A DNA stretch of 64,000 nt. Source: an uncultured virus (IMG/VR IMGVR_UViG_2908492839_000003). Its lineage: Duplodnaviria > Heunggongvirae > Uroviricota > Caudoviricetes. The position numbers were made by a program, and so were the translations under genes. How positions within the stretch are numbered: position 1 is the stretch's first letter; every line of letters begins with the position of its first letter. The DNA lies in IMG/VR virus record IMGVR_UViG_2908492839_000003, positions 1-64,000 of that record; one strand, written 5' to 3'. The notes under the pieces were generated by a model. It was given only the letters and a program-made list of their open reading frames with translations. It was not told the DNA's origin and did no database searches. Positions 17,282 to 26,660 of this stretch are shown here, in pieces.

Positions 17282-17596
17282 ATGTCGACGAACAAGTTAA
17301 CCCCCGAGCAAGAGTCAAGATCACGCGATTTCGAGGCGCTGTTCTTGAGCCAGCTTCTGTCGGTGGGCCAGAAAGTCGTTGCCGATTCAGTCGGCTTGAG
17401 CGAGTCGGCTATCACCGGGTGGAAGAAGGACGGCCTCATCGAGCGCTTCTGCAAGGCCGCCTCGGTGCTTGAGCTTCAGATCGTTCCCCAGCATGCGGTG
17501 GTCGTCAGCGCGGACTATCTCCGTTCGCTGGAGACGCTGGCCGAGCTGGGCCTCAAGGCCGAGAAGAAGCGGCCAGGACCGCTGGGTTGGGACTGA
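17282..17596 (+). CDS. cII: CII-like regulator
   Basis: GQKVVADSVGLSESAITGWK; position after cro. Confidence 0.75.
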   Translation: MSTNKLTPEQESRSRDFEALFLSQLLSVGQKVVADSVGLSESAITGWKKDGLIERFCKAASVLELQIVPQHAVVVSADYLRSLETLAELGLKAEKKRPGPLGWD

Positions 17597-18820
17597 ATGC
17601 CGTCCTTCCAGATCAACGACGAGGAGTGGGATGCGCTCTTCGACGAGCCGCATCAACTGCTGAAGGTGTACTGCGCGATCCGGATGTTCATGGACTACAG
17701 GACCGGCATCGCCGGCGAAACCCGCCGCCTGAGCGAGCAGATGCTGATCGAGGTTTTGAGCATCCCGGCATCACCTGGGCGTCCTGCGCACAAGGCGACC
17801 CGCAAGGAGGCCCGCTACACCATCGATGCGCTGGTGCGCCGCGGCATGGTCGAGCCTATGCCCAGCATCGGTCCTTTCGTTTTCCACCTGCCGAAGGCTT
17901 CACGGGATCAATCCGCCTCGGAGAGGTGGGGCCATAGGTTTGACCAAGGTGGGGCCAGAGGCAGGGCCACGGAGGAATGCGCGGAAACCACGAATGGCAG
18001 GGCCTACGGCTTTGAAATGGCAACAGGTGGGGCCAGAGGCGGGGTCGTGTTTTCAGAAGAGGTGGGGCCATTTGATTCTGCTGGAGAGGTAGGGCCAGGG
18101 GTGGGGCCATCGTTTTTTACCGGAAACACAGCAACCACGCAGCTTCCAGCCAACGATATTGGCGAGGTGGGGCCAGAGGTGGGGCCATCGGAAAACAGCG
18201 ATGAGGTGGGGCCAGAGGTGGGGCCGCGTTTTGAAGGCTTAGAGCTAGGAAATTCGCGCCCTCCAGAGCATTGGGCCTACGAGGTGGGGCCAGAGGTGGG
18301 GCCCACTTCCGTTCTTCCTCCGATACCTCCTCCGTCACGTAACGCGCGCGAGGCAGAGCCGGTATCTCGCGCTGACCGATTCCCGATGCATGAGGGCTGG
18401 GTGCCGAGTGCGAAGGGGTGGCCGGCAACGCTGGTCCGTAACGGGATTGGGACCTACCAGCTACGCGACGACGAGCTTCTCGAATTCCGCAGCTACTGGA
18501 TCAACCGCCCCGAGAAATACCAGTCCCAAGGCCAGTGGGAGCACGAACTGGCACAGAAAATTCGCCGCAACCAGCGCTTCGACCAGAACAGGAGCAGCCA
18601 TGGAAACCAAGCAGGAAACGCCGAAGGCCAAGCCGGCCATCGTGCCGCAAAGCGCGGCCTCCCACATCGACAGGGCCCTCGCTCAGCCGTCGACCGCGTC
18701 GCAGCCATCGTCGCAGCCAACGAGGCTGCCCGACAGGCTGCTGGAACGGCTCTGGGTGAAGATGACCGAGATGTACGGGCACCGCTGGACGTCGAGTTTT
18801 GGCGACAACCCGAACCCTGA
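17597..18820 (+). CDS. Replication initiator (O-like, DnaT-like C-terminal domain)
   Basis: Internal iterons; RFPMHEGWVPS...EFRSYW. Confidence 0.8.
   Translation: MPSFQINDEEWDALFDEPHQLLKVYCAIRMFMDYRTGIAGETRRLSEQMLIEVLSIPASPGRPAHKATRKEARYTIDALVRRGMVEPMPSIGPFVFHLPKASRDQSASERWGHRFDQGGARGRATEECAETTNGRAYGFEMATGGARGGVVFSEEVGPFDSAGEVGPGVGPSFFTGNTATTQLPANDIGEVGPEVGPSENSDEVGPEVGPRFEGLELGNSRPPEHWAYEVGPEVGPTSVLPPIPPPSRNAREAEPVSRADRFPMHEGWVPSAKGWPATLVRNGIGTYQLRDDELLEFRSYWINRPEKYQSQGQWEHELAQKIRRNQRFDQNRSSHGNQAGNAEGQAGHRAAKRGLPHRQGPRSAVDRVAAIVAANEAARQAAGTALGEDDRDVRAPLDVEFWRQPEP
17923..18304 (+). repeat. Iteron array (ori), about 14 copies of GAGGTGGGGCCA
   Basis: Singles at 17923 and 18059; tandem pairs at 17946, 18024, 18086, 18164, 18203, 18281. 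Confidence 0.85.
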
Positions 18821-19361
18821 CGGCGCCTGGGCTACGGTGCTCCAGGGGCTGACCGGCCAGCAACTGGCCCACGGGCTCAACATGCTGACGTTCATGGGCA
18901 GCCGGTTCGATTGGCCGCCGGCGGCGCCGACATTCCGGGAGCTCTGCTTGAGCGTCCAGCCGGAGTCGCTCGGCCTGCCGGACCACGACACCGCGTTCCA
19001 TCAGGCCCTGGCGTGCCGCTACCGCCACCAGGTGGTCAAGGCTGCCGCCGAGGCCACCGGCGTTTTCGATCTGCGCACCGGTGAGGTGAACGACGATCGC
19101 CTCCGCAAGCGCTTCGGGTTCCACTACGCCGAGATGGTCCGGCGGTGGGCAAACAACATCCCGCTGAGCCAGCCTGTCGTCCACGCGATCGAGCATGACA
19201 CCGGGAAAAGCTTGCTGGACCTGGCCGAGGATGAAGCCGAGCAGCAACTCCGCCGGCGGATGCAAGCCCAGGGCCTGGATGGGCTCAGTGGCGCCCAGGC
19301 GCGGGAACTGCTGCTGGCAAAGATGCGCCGGAAAGCGCCGGAGGTGCGCCGTGATGCATGA
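18600..19361 (+). CDS. Replication protein P-like
   Basis: LWVKMTEMYGHRWTSSFG...WPP..PTFRELC; overlaps O by about 220 nt. Confidence 0.75.
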   Translation: METKQETPKAKPAIVPQSAASHIDRALAQPSTASQPSSQPTRLPDRLLERLWVKMTEMYGHRWTSSFGDNPNPDGAWATVLQGLTGQQLAHGLNMLTFMGSRFDWPPAAPTFRELCLSVQPESLGLPDHDTAFHQALACRYRHQVVKAAAEATGVFDLRTGEVNDDRLRKRFGFHYAEMVRRWANNIPLSQPVVHAIEHDTGKSLLDLAEDEAEQQLRRRMQAQGLDGLSGAQARELLLAKMRRKAPEVRRDA

Positions 19362-19779
19362 CAAGTACAAGCTGGCGATCATTCGTCACGAGAAGGCCAA
19401 GCAAGTCGTGCAGGGACTGTCCCGAGACATCGGCGCTGCGATCAACAGTTGTCCGATCTCGATTCGAGCGCAGTCCTGGGACACGCCGAACAGCGAGCGC
19501 GATGAACTCTGGGATGAGGCATCGGGCAAGCACAAGACCCACCTATGGCATGCCTTCAAGCATCGGGAGCCTTCGGACTGCGGATATGGAACGGTTGGTC
19601 TCGGTGACGATGGCATAGACGACGCCCTTGCACCCGGCGGCGAATTCGAATGCGAGCACTGCCGCCGCGCCTACCAGTTGATCAGAGACCGCCGTTGCGC
19701 GAAGCAGGAACTCGGACGCGCTCGTCTTTCGATTCGGGCGCTGGGGCGCGCTGCGCTTGAGGAATCGACCCATGACTGA
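19354..19779 (+). CDS. Hypothetical protein
   Basis: Coupled ORF with CxxC. Confidence 0.65.
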   Translation: MHDKYKLAIIRHEKAKQVVQGLSRDIGAAINSCPISIRAQSWDTPNSERDELWDEASGKHKTHLWHAFKHREPSDCGYGTVGLGDDGIDDALAPGGEFECEHCRRAYQLIRDRRCAKQELGRARLSIRALGRAALEESTHD

Positions 19780-20221
19780 TCTCCGCCCGGTGATGTTCAC
19801 GGTCCCCGGCGAGCCGGTGGGGAAGGGGAGACCGCGTATCGGTCGCGTCGGCGCCCATGCCAGGATGTTCACGCCGGCGAAGACGGCGGCCTACGAAGGC
19901 CTGGTAGCCATGGCTGCCCAGGAAGCGCTCGCAGGTCGATCCCTGATCGCCGGCCCCGTGCTCATCGAACTGCGGATGTTCCACCCCATTCCTCGGTCCT
20001 GGTCGAAGAAGCGCCAGGCCATGGCCTTGGTCGGCGAGGTTATGCCCACCGTGAAATGCGATGCCGACAACTGCCTGAAGGCGGTGTGTGACGCGCTCAA
20101 CGGCGTTGCGTGGAAGGACGACACCCAGGTCGTCAATGTGATGCTCGCGAAGCGGTACGCCGAGGTACCGCGCGTCGAGGTGAAGATTGTTCCGCTGATG
20201 GCCCAGGGAGCGCAGCGGTGA
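19772..20221 (+). CDS. rusA: RusA family Holliday junction resolvase
   Basis: PGEPVGKGRPR...DADNCLKAVCDALNGVAWKDDTQV. Confidence 0.92.
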   Translation: MTDLRPVMFTVPGEPVGKGRPRIGRVGAHARMFTPAKTAAYEGLVAMAAQEALAGRSLIAGPVLIELRMFHPIPRSWSKKRQAMALVGEVMPTVKCDADNCLKAVCDALNGVAWKDDTQVVNVMLAKRYAEVPRVEVKIVPLMAQGAQR

Positions 20222-20249
20222 CTACAGGAAACTACAGGGGAGAGTCGAA

Positions 20250-21119
20250 ATGAGACTGATCAGCGCGCGCCAGGCGTGGCATGACGCCTTCTACGAGAGT
20301 CGGAGTTCAGTGCTGGCGGTGGCGGCCGACAAGGCCGCGCTGGGCAAGAAGGGTCGGGTAGCCAACGAGACGCACCCCGACCGCAAGGACACCAATGGGC
20401 GTAGCGCCCACATGCTTGCCGCCGGCCTGGTACAGGCTGCCATCCGCTCGCTGCCGAAGCCGCTGCAGCACTTCGGCCACACGCTGTACTCGCCGCTGGC
20501 CACCGGTGACGACGTGGCGATCGCTCACGGCCTGGTCTGGATCGGCGCTGGCCTCGGCCAACTGACCCAGCGTCAGGGCGAGCGGGCTTACTGGATGGCG
20601 CTGGCGGCAATCAACTCGCACAAGCGCGCCGTCAATGGCCGCGACACGCTGCGCCCGGGCGAGGTCTGCCTGTTCATCGAGGAGCGCCTGGGCTGCCGGA
20701 TCGACCCCGGCAACTGGGCGCGGGACTACGCCAGTACCTGGGAGCGCCTGGCGCGCCACATCGACAAGCTGGACGCGCAGGCGCTCAGGCCGGTTGCCGA
20801 GGTTGTGGCGAAGCAGAGCGGCCTGCGGAAGGGGCTGGGCTGGCGCTGGCACCAAGTCGACCGCGATGTGGTGGCGTTGCACCGGGCCGAGGCCTACGCC
20901 GAGCGCCGGGAGCATCACCAGCAGCGCCTGGCGGAACGTCTGCGCGGGATGTCGGACCAGGAGCTGGCGCGGTGGGCGGCGAGGATGAAGCGGTACGGGG
21001 AGGCATACCGGGAGGAGTGGGGCGAGGATATCTTGGAGTACCCCAGTGTCCATCAGCGCTACCACGACCGCGTGGCGGCCTACTGGACCCAGCGGGAACG
21101 CCTGAAACGGGTCGCTTGA
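20250..21119 (+). CDS. Putative late-gene antiterminator/regulator (Q position)
   Basis: Last early gene, directly followed by pR'-like promoter and terminator. Confidence 0.6.
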   Translation: MRLISARQAWHDAFYESRSSVLAVAADKAALGKKGRVANETHPDRKDTNGRSAHMLAAGLVQAAIRSLPKPLQHFGHTLYSPLATGDDVAIAHGLVWIGAGLGQLTQRQGERAYWMALAAINSHKRAVNGRDTLRPGEVCLFIEERLGCRIDPGNWARDYASTWERLARHIDKLDAQALRPVAEVVAKQSGLRKGLGWRWHQVDRDVVALHRAEAYAERREHHQQRLAERLRGMSDQELARWAARMKRYGEAYREEWGEDILEYPSVHQRYHDRVAAYWTQRERLKRVA

Positions 21120-21217
21120 CGATTTGAAGAGCATTTGGGTATCGTTTTGCCATTGTGCACAGTTGCACCCAATCAACAGATTTCCCCGAAAACCCGGCCC
21201 TGGCGCCGGGTTTTTTC
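21116..21217 (+). promoter_or_regulatory. pR'-like late promoter and tR' terminator
   Basis: TTGACG-18-TATCGT; AAAACCCGGC...GCCGGGTTTTTT at about 21189-21217. Confidence 0.7.
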
Positions 21218-21259
21218 GTTTTCGGCGGCCTTGTCAGAATTCGTTTTCAGGAGAGAAGA

Positions 21260-21448
21260 ATGAACGAAGAGCCCCTCGATTTCTCGCTTGCGCGCGAGGC
21301 AGCTTCCCTGGCTGAGATGGAGGCATTGCGCGAAGTTCTGGCGAAGGTTCTGCCCGGTAGCGATCGATACAGTCTGACGGACGTTGCAGTGGAGTGCGCG
21401 CGGGCCGTCAGAACTGCATATCGTGAGCTGGAGAAGGTTGACGATTAG
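21260..21448 (+). CDS. 62-aa hypothetical protein
   Basis: AGGAG RBS plus ATG. Confidence 0.6.
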   Translation: MNEEPLDFSLAREAASLAEMEALREVLAKVLPGSDRYSLTDVAVECARAVRTAYRELEKVDD

Positions 21449-21639
21449 CCTCCCAGTGTTCGAGTCGGCTTCCTTCCGAGTTCCCTGAAGTGCTCAAATA
21501 TCTGGTCGTAGGTGGCGATAATTGCTGCCGCCTCTTGGCCATTTACTCCAACCTTCAGTTGACCGGCGCGAATCAACTCGATTACGACTTGAAGAGCTGC
21601 CCCAGAGGATGAGCTCGACGGATTTACGATTTCGGACAT
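21445..21639 (-). CDS. 64-aa moron protein
   Basis: AAGGAG RBS; own extended -10 (TGcTATCGT); antisense to late operon. Confidence 0.65.
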   Translation of the reverse strand: MSEIVNPSSSSSGAALQVVIELIRAGQLKVGVNGQEAAAIIATYDQIFEHFRELGRKPTRTLGG

Positions 21640-21712
21640 TTTGGTCTCCTTGACCGTCGTTTAGTGTGGAAGCGAAACGATAGCACAGGGCCAGAATCGT
21701 CCGACCTATGAC

Positions 21713-21741
21713 AAGGCCCAGGTCATTGCCTGGGCTTTTTT
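21713..21741 (+). terminator. Rho-independent terminator
   Basis: GCCCAGG...CCTGGGC plus TTTTTT. Confidence 0.7.
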
Positions 21742-21757
21742 GCATCTGGAGTACCCC

Positions 21758-22147
21758 ATGGCTGAACCGACGAGCAGCGGAGCAGTAGCAGCAGCCGGCG
21801 CCGTCGGGCTCACTGCCACCGCGATCATCCCCGGAGTCGACGTCAATGCAGTGATCGGCGGCTTCGCCGGCGCGCTGCTGTTCGTGCTCTGGGCTCACGA
21901 CCTGACCATGGCCAGGCGCCTCGGCTACCTGCTGGCGTCCTGGGTCGGCGGCTACTACGCCGCCACCGAGGCTGTCGGGCGGGGCGCGACCCAGTTCTCC
22001 GGGCTGCCCGCACTGGTCACCGCCGCGCTGATCGTCACGATCCTGATCGGCGTGCTCGACTGGATGATTGGTGGCCGCGCGCCGGCATGGCTCCAGATCG
22101 TTCTGCAGCGCATCGTCGGCATGATCGGAGGTCGGAAAGATGGTTGA
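21758..22147 (+). CDS. Putative holin
   Basis: MAEPTSS, IGGFAGALLF, multiple TM segments. Confidence 0.8.
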   Translation: MAEPTSSGAVAAAGAVGLTATAIIPGVDVNAVIGGFAGALLFVLWAHDLTMARRLGYLLASWVGGYYAATEAVGRGATQFSGLPALVTAALIVTILIGVLDWMIGGRAPAWLQIVLQRIVGMIGGRKDG

Positions 22148-22424
22148 CCTGGTGACCCTGGCGGCTGCGGCCGTCTGCGGCGCTATCAGTTGCCGCATCT
22201 TCACGTACCAGCGCCACGGTGCCACGTACCGGTTCGGCGTCTCGCTCTGCGCGTACATCCTCGCCGCTGGGACCGGCATGCAGGCGCTGTCGATCAGCTT
22301 GGCAGTGCTGATGGCGCGTCACGCGACGCCAATATCGCCCTACCTGCTTGCGGTCCTGGTTGTGCTGTTGGTGCTGGTCTACCGCAACAAGGGCAACATC
22401 GCGCCCATCCTGAGGCTCAGTTGA
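22140..22424 (+). CDS. Phage holin family (3TM)
   Basis: YQRHGATYR...KGNIA; hydrophobic. Confidence 0.8.
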   Translation: MVDLVTLAAAAVCGAISCRIFTYQRHGATYRFGVSLCAYILAAGTGMQALSISLAVLMARHATPISPYLLAVLVVLLVLVYRNKGNIAPILRLS

Positions 22425-22496
22425 GGTGATCCTCCATGCTGGGCTCGTACTTTACGCCTGGTCCCGGCGCCGGCAGATATTCGGAAGCGACTGGTC

Positions 22497-23126
22497 GTGG
22501 AACTGAAGAGACCTCACCCTCCAGAGACGATCGGGCAGTTCGCGGAAGGCGAAGATTGGGCGGATGCCTTTGTCCCCGCTCAGGATGTTCTGGCTTGGGC
22601 GAAGTCGGTGTTAATCGATCCGAATGGAATCCTGGGCAATGAAGACCACGCCCACCTACAAGACGCTCCTCTCGCTTTCCTATGGGCTGCCTCCAGCTTC
22701 ACCAAGCAGGGGAGGACGGTACTAGGTCAGTGCGAAGAGGTGACGTTCCGCTGTGGAGCCTGGCAGAAGGGAAGGCAGGAACAGCAGATGATCCGTTGGT
22801 TCGGATACCTGCCGAGGTTTCTGATCACCCTGGCTGCTGACTACTGCTCCCAGTGCTCCGACGCGGAGTTCTGCGCATTGGTCGAGCATGAGCTCTACCA
22901 CATCTGCCAAGAGCACAACCAATATGGCGAGCCCAAGTTCACCGAGGAGGGCTTTCCAAAGCTGAAGCTCCGCGGGCATGACGTCGAGGAGTTCGTCGGC
23001 GTGGTGAGGCGGTACGGCCCAAGCAAGGACGTGCAGTATCTCATCGACGCTGCTAGCAGGCCTCCAGAGGTGGCCAAAATTAACATTTCGAGAGCCTGCG
23101 GTACGTGCCTGCTGAAGTCGGCATAG
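22497..23126 (+). CDS. Putative phage metallopeptidase
   Basis: EHELYH and HDVEEF motifs. Confidence 0.8.
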   Translation: MELKRPHPPETIGQFAEGEDWADAFVPAQDVLAWAKSVLIDPNGILGNEDHAHLQDAPLAFLWAASSFTKQGRTVLGQCEEVTFRCGAWQKGRQEQQMIRWFGYLPRFLITLAADYCSQCSDAEFCALVEHELYHICQEHNQYGEPKFTEEGFPKLKLRGHDVEEFVGVVRRYGPSKDVQYLIDAASRPPEVAKINISRACGTCLLKSA

Positions 23127-23157
23127 CCACGACAGGCCCATGACAGGAAGAAAAACG

Positions 23158-23637
23158 ATGGCAACCCTGAACAGCGACGTGAAGGCGTTCATCGTTCAGG
23201 CGCTGGCCTGTTTCGATACGCCATCCCAGGTTGCGGAATCGGTCAAGAAGGAATTCGGCATCGAGGTCAGTCGGCAGCAGATCGAGTCGCACGACCCGAA
23301 CAAGGTGTGCAGCAAGGGCCTTGCCGCGAAGTGGCGGATCCTCTTCGAGGACACCCGCAAGCGCTTCCGCGAGGAGATCGCCGACATCCCGATCGCCAAC
23401 CGCGCCTACCGACTGAGGGCATTGGGTCGGATGGCTGAGCGCGCCGAGGGCATGCGAAACATGGCCCTGGCTGCCCAGCTTTACGAGCAGGCCGCCAAGG
23501 AGTCTGGTGGCGTCTACACGAACAAGCACCAGCACGAAGTCTCTGGTCCGAATGGCGCGCCGGTGGCAGTCGCCGCCTTGACCAAGGAGGACTACAAGCA
23601 GGCTCGCCGAGAGATGCTCGCGGAAGATGATTGCTGA
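23158..23637 (+). CDS. terS: Terminase small subunit (DUF2280-like)
   Basis: FIVQALACFDTPS; upstream of terL. Confidence 0.8.
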   Translation: MATLNSDVKAFIVQALACFDTPSQVAESVKKEFGIEVSRQQIESHDPNKVCSKGLAAKWRILFEDTRKRFREEIADIPIANRAYRLRALGRMAERAEGMRNMALAAQLYEQAAKESGGVYTNKHQHEVSGPNGAPVAVAALTKEDYKQARREMLAEDDC

Positions 23638-25090
23638 CCCCATTACCCTTGCTCGAAAGGTAGAGTGCGAGGCGGACGGCCTTTACTTCGCGCGCTACTT
23701 CTTCAAGCAGCGCATGGGTTCGAAGATGATCGTCGCGCCGCATCACCGGGTGATCCAGGAGACTTTGGATAGGGTGGTGGATGGTGAGATCCAGCGCCTG
23801 ATCATCAACGTGCCTCCTGGATACACAAAGACCGAGCTGGCGACGATCAACATGATCGGTCGGGGATTGGCGCTGAACAACCGCGCCAGGTTCATGCACC
23901 TGTCCTACTCGCACAATCTGGCCCTACTGAACTCCAGTACGGCGCGCGGTATGGTGAAGTCCTCGGCGTATCAGGCCATGTGGCCTATGTCGCTGCGAGA
24001 TGACGCCGACAGCAAGGCCATGTGGTGGACTGAGCATGGCGGCGGGGTTTATGCATCGTCCGCCGCCGGCCAGGTGACAGGGTTTCGCGCCGGCCACATG
24101 GAGCCTGGATGGCAGGGCGCGCTGATCATCGACGATCCGGTAAAGCCGGACGATGCATACAGCGAGACTGTTCGTGACGGCGTGAACAGCCGATTCAACG
24201 AGACGATCAAGTCCCGCCTGGCGCTGGAAACGACGCCGATGATCGTCATCATGCAGAGGATCCATTACCACGACCTGAGCGGCTACCTTCTGCGAGGCGG
24301 GTCAGGGGAGATGTGGCATCACCTCAACCTGCCAGTGATCATCGACAACAGCGAGCCGTACCCAGCGGAAAACACTCACGGAATCCCGGTCGAGCATGGT
24401 CTTCCGGATGGCTGGCTATGGCCCTTCAAGCACAACGAGAGCCACCGCACAGCGCTTTTCTCGCATCGACGCACCGCAGAAGCCCAGTACATGCAGAAAC
24501 CTCGGCGGTTCAACGCTGATGGGGCGCTGTGGACCGAGCAACTGATCAATGCAGCGCATCAATTGCAGATCAGGGCCGACCGCAAGCGGTGCGTGGTGGC
24601 CATCGATCCTCAGGCCACCAACAGCGACGAGAGCGACGAAACTGGGATCGTGGCGGCGAGTTCCTACGGTACTGGTGACTCCCGCCAGTTCTCGGTCGAT
24701 GGCGATTACAGTGGGAAATACTCACCAGCCGGTTGGGCGAAAAAGGCTATGGCTGCATACGAGCAGCACCAGGCCGACGCGATCGTTATTGAGACGAACC
24801 AAGGCGGCGACATGGCGGAAGAGACCCTGAAGAACGCGGGTTTCAAGGGGCGAATCATCCGAATCCACGCCAACAAGGGAAAGTTCGCCCGTGCTGAGCC
24901 GATATCCGCCCTGTACGAGCAAGGCAGGGTGGCTCACCAAGGCGCGCTTTATCTGCTGGAGAACCAGCTCATGGAGTACATCCCCGCGACGGCGAAGAAG
25001 TCGCCGGACCGGTTGGATGCCATGGTCTACGCCTTGACCGAATTGGGCGGAGCCGCGCCGCTTGGCATCCTTCTTCCTGGAGCCCGCTGA
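23627..25090 (+). CDS. terL: Terminase large subunit
   Basis: INVPPGYTKT, LIIDDP, IDP, DRLDA nuclease motifs. Confidence 0.95.
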   Translation: MIADPITLARKVECEADGLYFARYFFKQRMGSKMIVAPHHRVIQETLDRVVDGEIQRLIINVPPGYTKTELATINMIGRGLALNNRARFMHLSYSHNLALLNSSTARGMVKSSAYQAMWPMSLRDDADSKAMWWTEHGGGVYASSAAGQVTGFRAGHMEPGWQGALIIDDPVKPDDAYSETVRDGVNSRFNETIKSRLALETTPMIVIMQRIHYHDLSGYLLRGGSGEMWHHLNLPVIIDNSEPYPAENTHGIPVEHGLPDGWLWPFKHNESHRTALFSHRRTAEAQYMQKPRRFNADGALWTEQLINAAHQLQIRADRKRCVVAIDPQATNSDESDETGIVAASSYGTGDSRQFSVDGDYSGKYSPAGWAKKAMAAYEQHQADAIVIETNQGGDMAEETLKNAGFKGRIIRIHANKGKFARAEPISALYEQGRVAHQGALYLLENQLMEYIPATAKKSPDRLDAMVYALTELGGAAPLGILLPGAR

Positions 25091-25287
25091 TGGCCATCTT
25101 CATCCTCAAGGAGCGCGCAACCAGCCGCTCCATGGTGGTCCGTGCTCGCTGCACGTCCTGCGCCCGCACCGTGGCGGTCGAGAACGCTGGCGCCGAAGGG
25201 ACGATGGTCTGGCGCGACCCCAACCTCTCTTCTGTCGAACTGGTCCGCGAGACGGACAAGCCAGGCCTCATCCTGAAATCGGACTGA
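25090..25287 (+). CDS. 65-aa hypothetical protein
   Basis: TGATG-coupled between terL and portal. Confidence 0.65.
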   Translation: MAIFILKERATSRSMVVRARCTSCARTVAVENAGAEGTMVWRDPNLSSVELVRETDKPGLILKSD

Positions 25288-25289
25288 CC

Positions 25290-26660
25290 ATGACTGACAA
25301 ACTCGACCTCGCGGTCAATCACGCGATGAGCAGTGCTGTCGCGCGTGCGCGAATGAGCCTGCTGAACCAGGGCATCGGCCATGACGCCAAGCGGCCGCAG
25401 GCATGGTGCGAGTATGGTTTCCCTCAGGAAATCACGTTCAACGACCTGTACACCATGTACCGGCGGGGCGGCATCGCCCATGGCGCGGTTGAGAAGATCG
25501 TCACCACGTGCTGGAAGACAAATCCGCAGGTCATCGAGGGTGACGACCAGGACCGCTCCAAGGACGAAACCGAGTGGGAGAGGAAGAACAAGCCGTTGAT
25601 CGCAGGCGGCAGGTTCTGGCGGGCTGTCTCCGAAGCCGACAGGCGCCGCTTGGTGGGTCGGTATTCCGGGCTGCTCCTGCACATCAGGGATAGCCAGCCG
25701 TGGGAAAAACCTGTTTCGGGCAAGGTCAATGGCCTGGCGAAGGTCACCCCGGCCTGGGCTGGGTGCCTTAAGCCGAAGTCGTTCGACGAAAAGCCGGATA
25801 GCGAGACCTACGGGCAGCCCACCATGTGGGAATACACCGAGGCTTCCCAAGCCGGCCGCCCTGGCCTGGTGCGGGATATCCATCCGGATCGGGTGTTTAT
25901 CCTCGGCGACTGGACCGGCGATGCAATCGGCTTCCTGGAGCCTGCCTACAACTCCTTCATCAGCCTGGAGAAGGTCGAGGGAGGCAGTGGCGAATCGTTC
26001 CTGAAGAACGCTGCACGCCAACTCCTGCTGAACTTCGACAAGGAGATTAACCTCGGCGAGATCGCCAGCACCTACGGCGTGACGCTCGATGCGCTCAACG
26101 AACGCTTCAACGAGGCGGCGCGTCAGCTAAACCGCGGCAACGATGTCCTGCTTCCAACCCAGGGTGCGACCGTCACGCAGATGGTGTCCGCCGTTTCGGA
26201 CCCTGGGCCTACGTACAACGTCAACCTGCAAACCGCCGCCGCCGGCGTCGACATCCCGACCAAGATTCTGGTGGGCATGCAGACCGGCGAGCGGGCGAGC
26301 AGTGAGGACCAGAAGTACCACAACGCCAGATGCCAGGCGCGCCGGGTGCAAGAACTGACGTTCGAGATCAACGACTTGTTCGCGCACCTGATGCGCATCG
26401 GCGTGGTTCCGCTGAAGGCTGAGTTCACCGCGATCTGGGATGACCTCACCGTGCCGACCAAGGCCGAGCGCTTGGCCAACTCCAAGACCATGAGCGAGAT
26501 CAACAGCGCCGCGATCGGCACTGGCGAGCCCGTGTTCACGGCGGAGGAAATACGCGAAGAAGCTGGATACGACCCGCTCAAGGGGGGCGATCCGCTGCCT
26601 GACACCGAACCGGAGGATGAAGATGCCGCGCGCACCGATCCTACCGGCGAGCAGCAGTGA
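25290..26660 (+). CDS. Portal protein (DUF1073)
   Basis: Position; YGQPTMW, IHPDRV, DIPTKILVG. Confidence 0.88.
   Translation: MTDKLDLAVNHAMSSAVARARMSLLNQGIGHDAKRPQAWCEYGFPQEITFNDLYTMYRRGGIAHGAVEKIVTTCWKTNPQVIEGDDQDRSKDETEWERKNKPLIAGGRFWRAVSEADRRRLVGRYSGLLLHIRDSQPWEKPVSGKVNGLAKVTPAWAGCLKPKSFDEKPDSETYGQPTMWEYTEASQAGRPGLVRDIHPDRVFILGDWTGDAIGFLEPAYNSFISLEKVEGGSGESFLKNAARQLLLNFDKEINLGEIASTYGVTLDALNERFNEAARQLNRGNDVLLPTQGATVTQMVSAVSDPGPTYNVNLQTAAAGVDIPTKILVGMQTGERASSEDQKYHNARCQARRVQELTFEINDLFAHLMRIGVVPLKAEFTAIWDDLTVPTKAERLANSKTMSEINSAAIGTGEPVFTAEEIREEAGYDPLKGGDPLPDTEPEDEDAARTDPTGEQQ

Noticed and set aside
17923..18304. Repeat-spacer pattern as a CRISPR array
   Set aside because: 12-bp non-palindromic units inside an intact replication ORF, irregular spacers and no cas genes; iterons explain it.
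25290..26660. Anti-CBASS Acb1 label sometimes given to DUF1073 proteins
   Set aside because: Size and position between terL and head morphogenesis indicate a portal; no appended 2H phosphoesterase domain evident.
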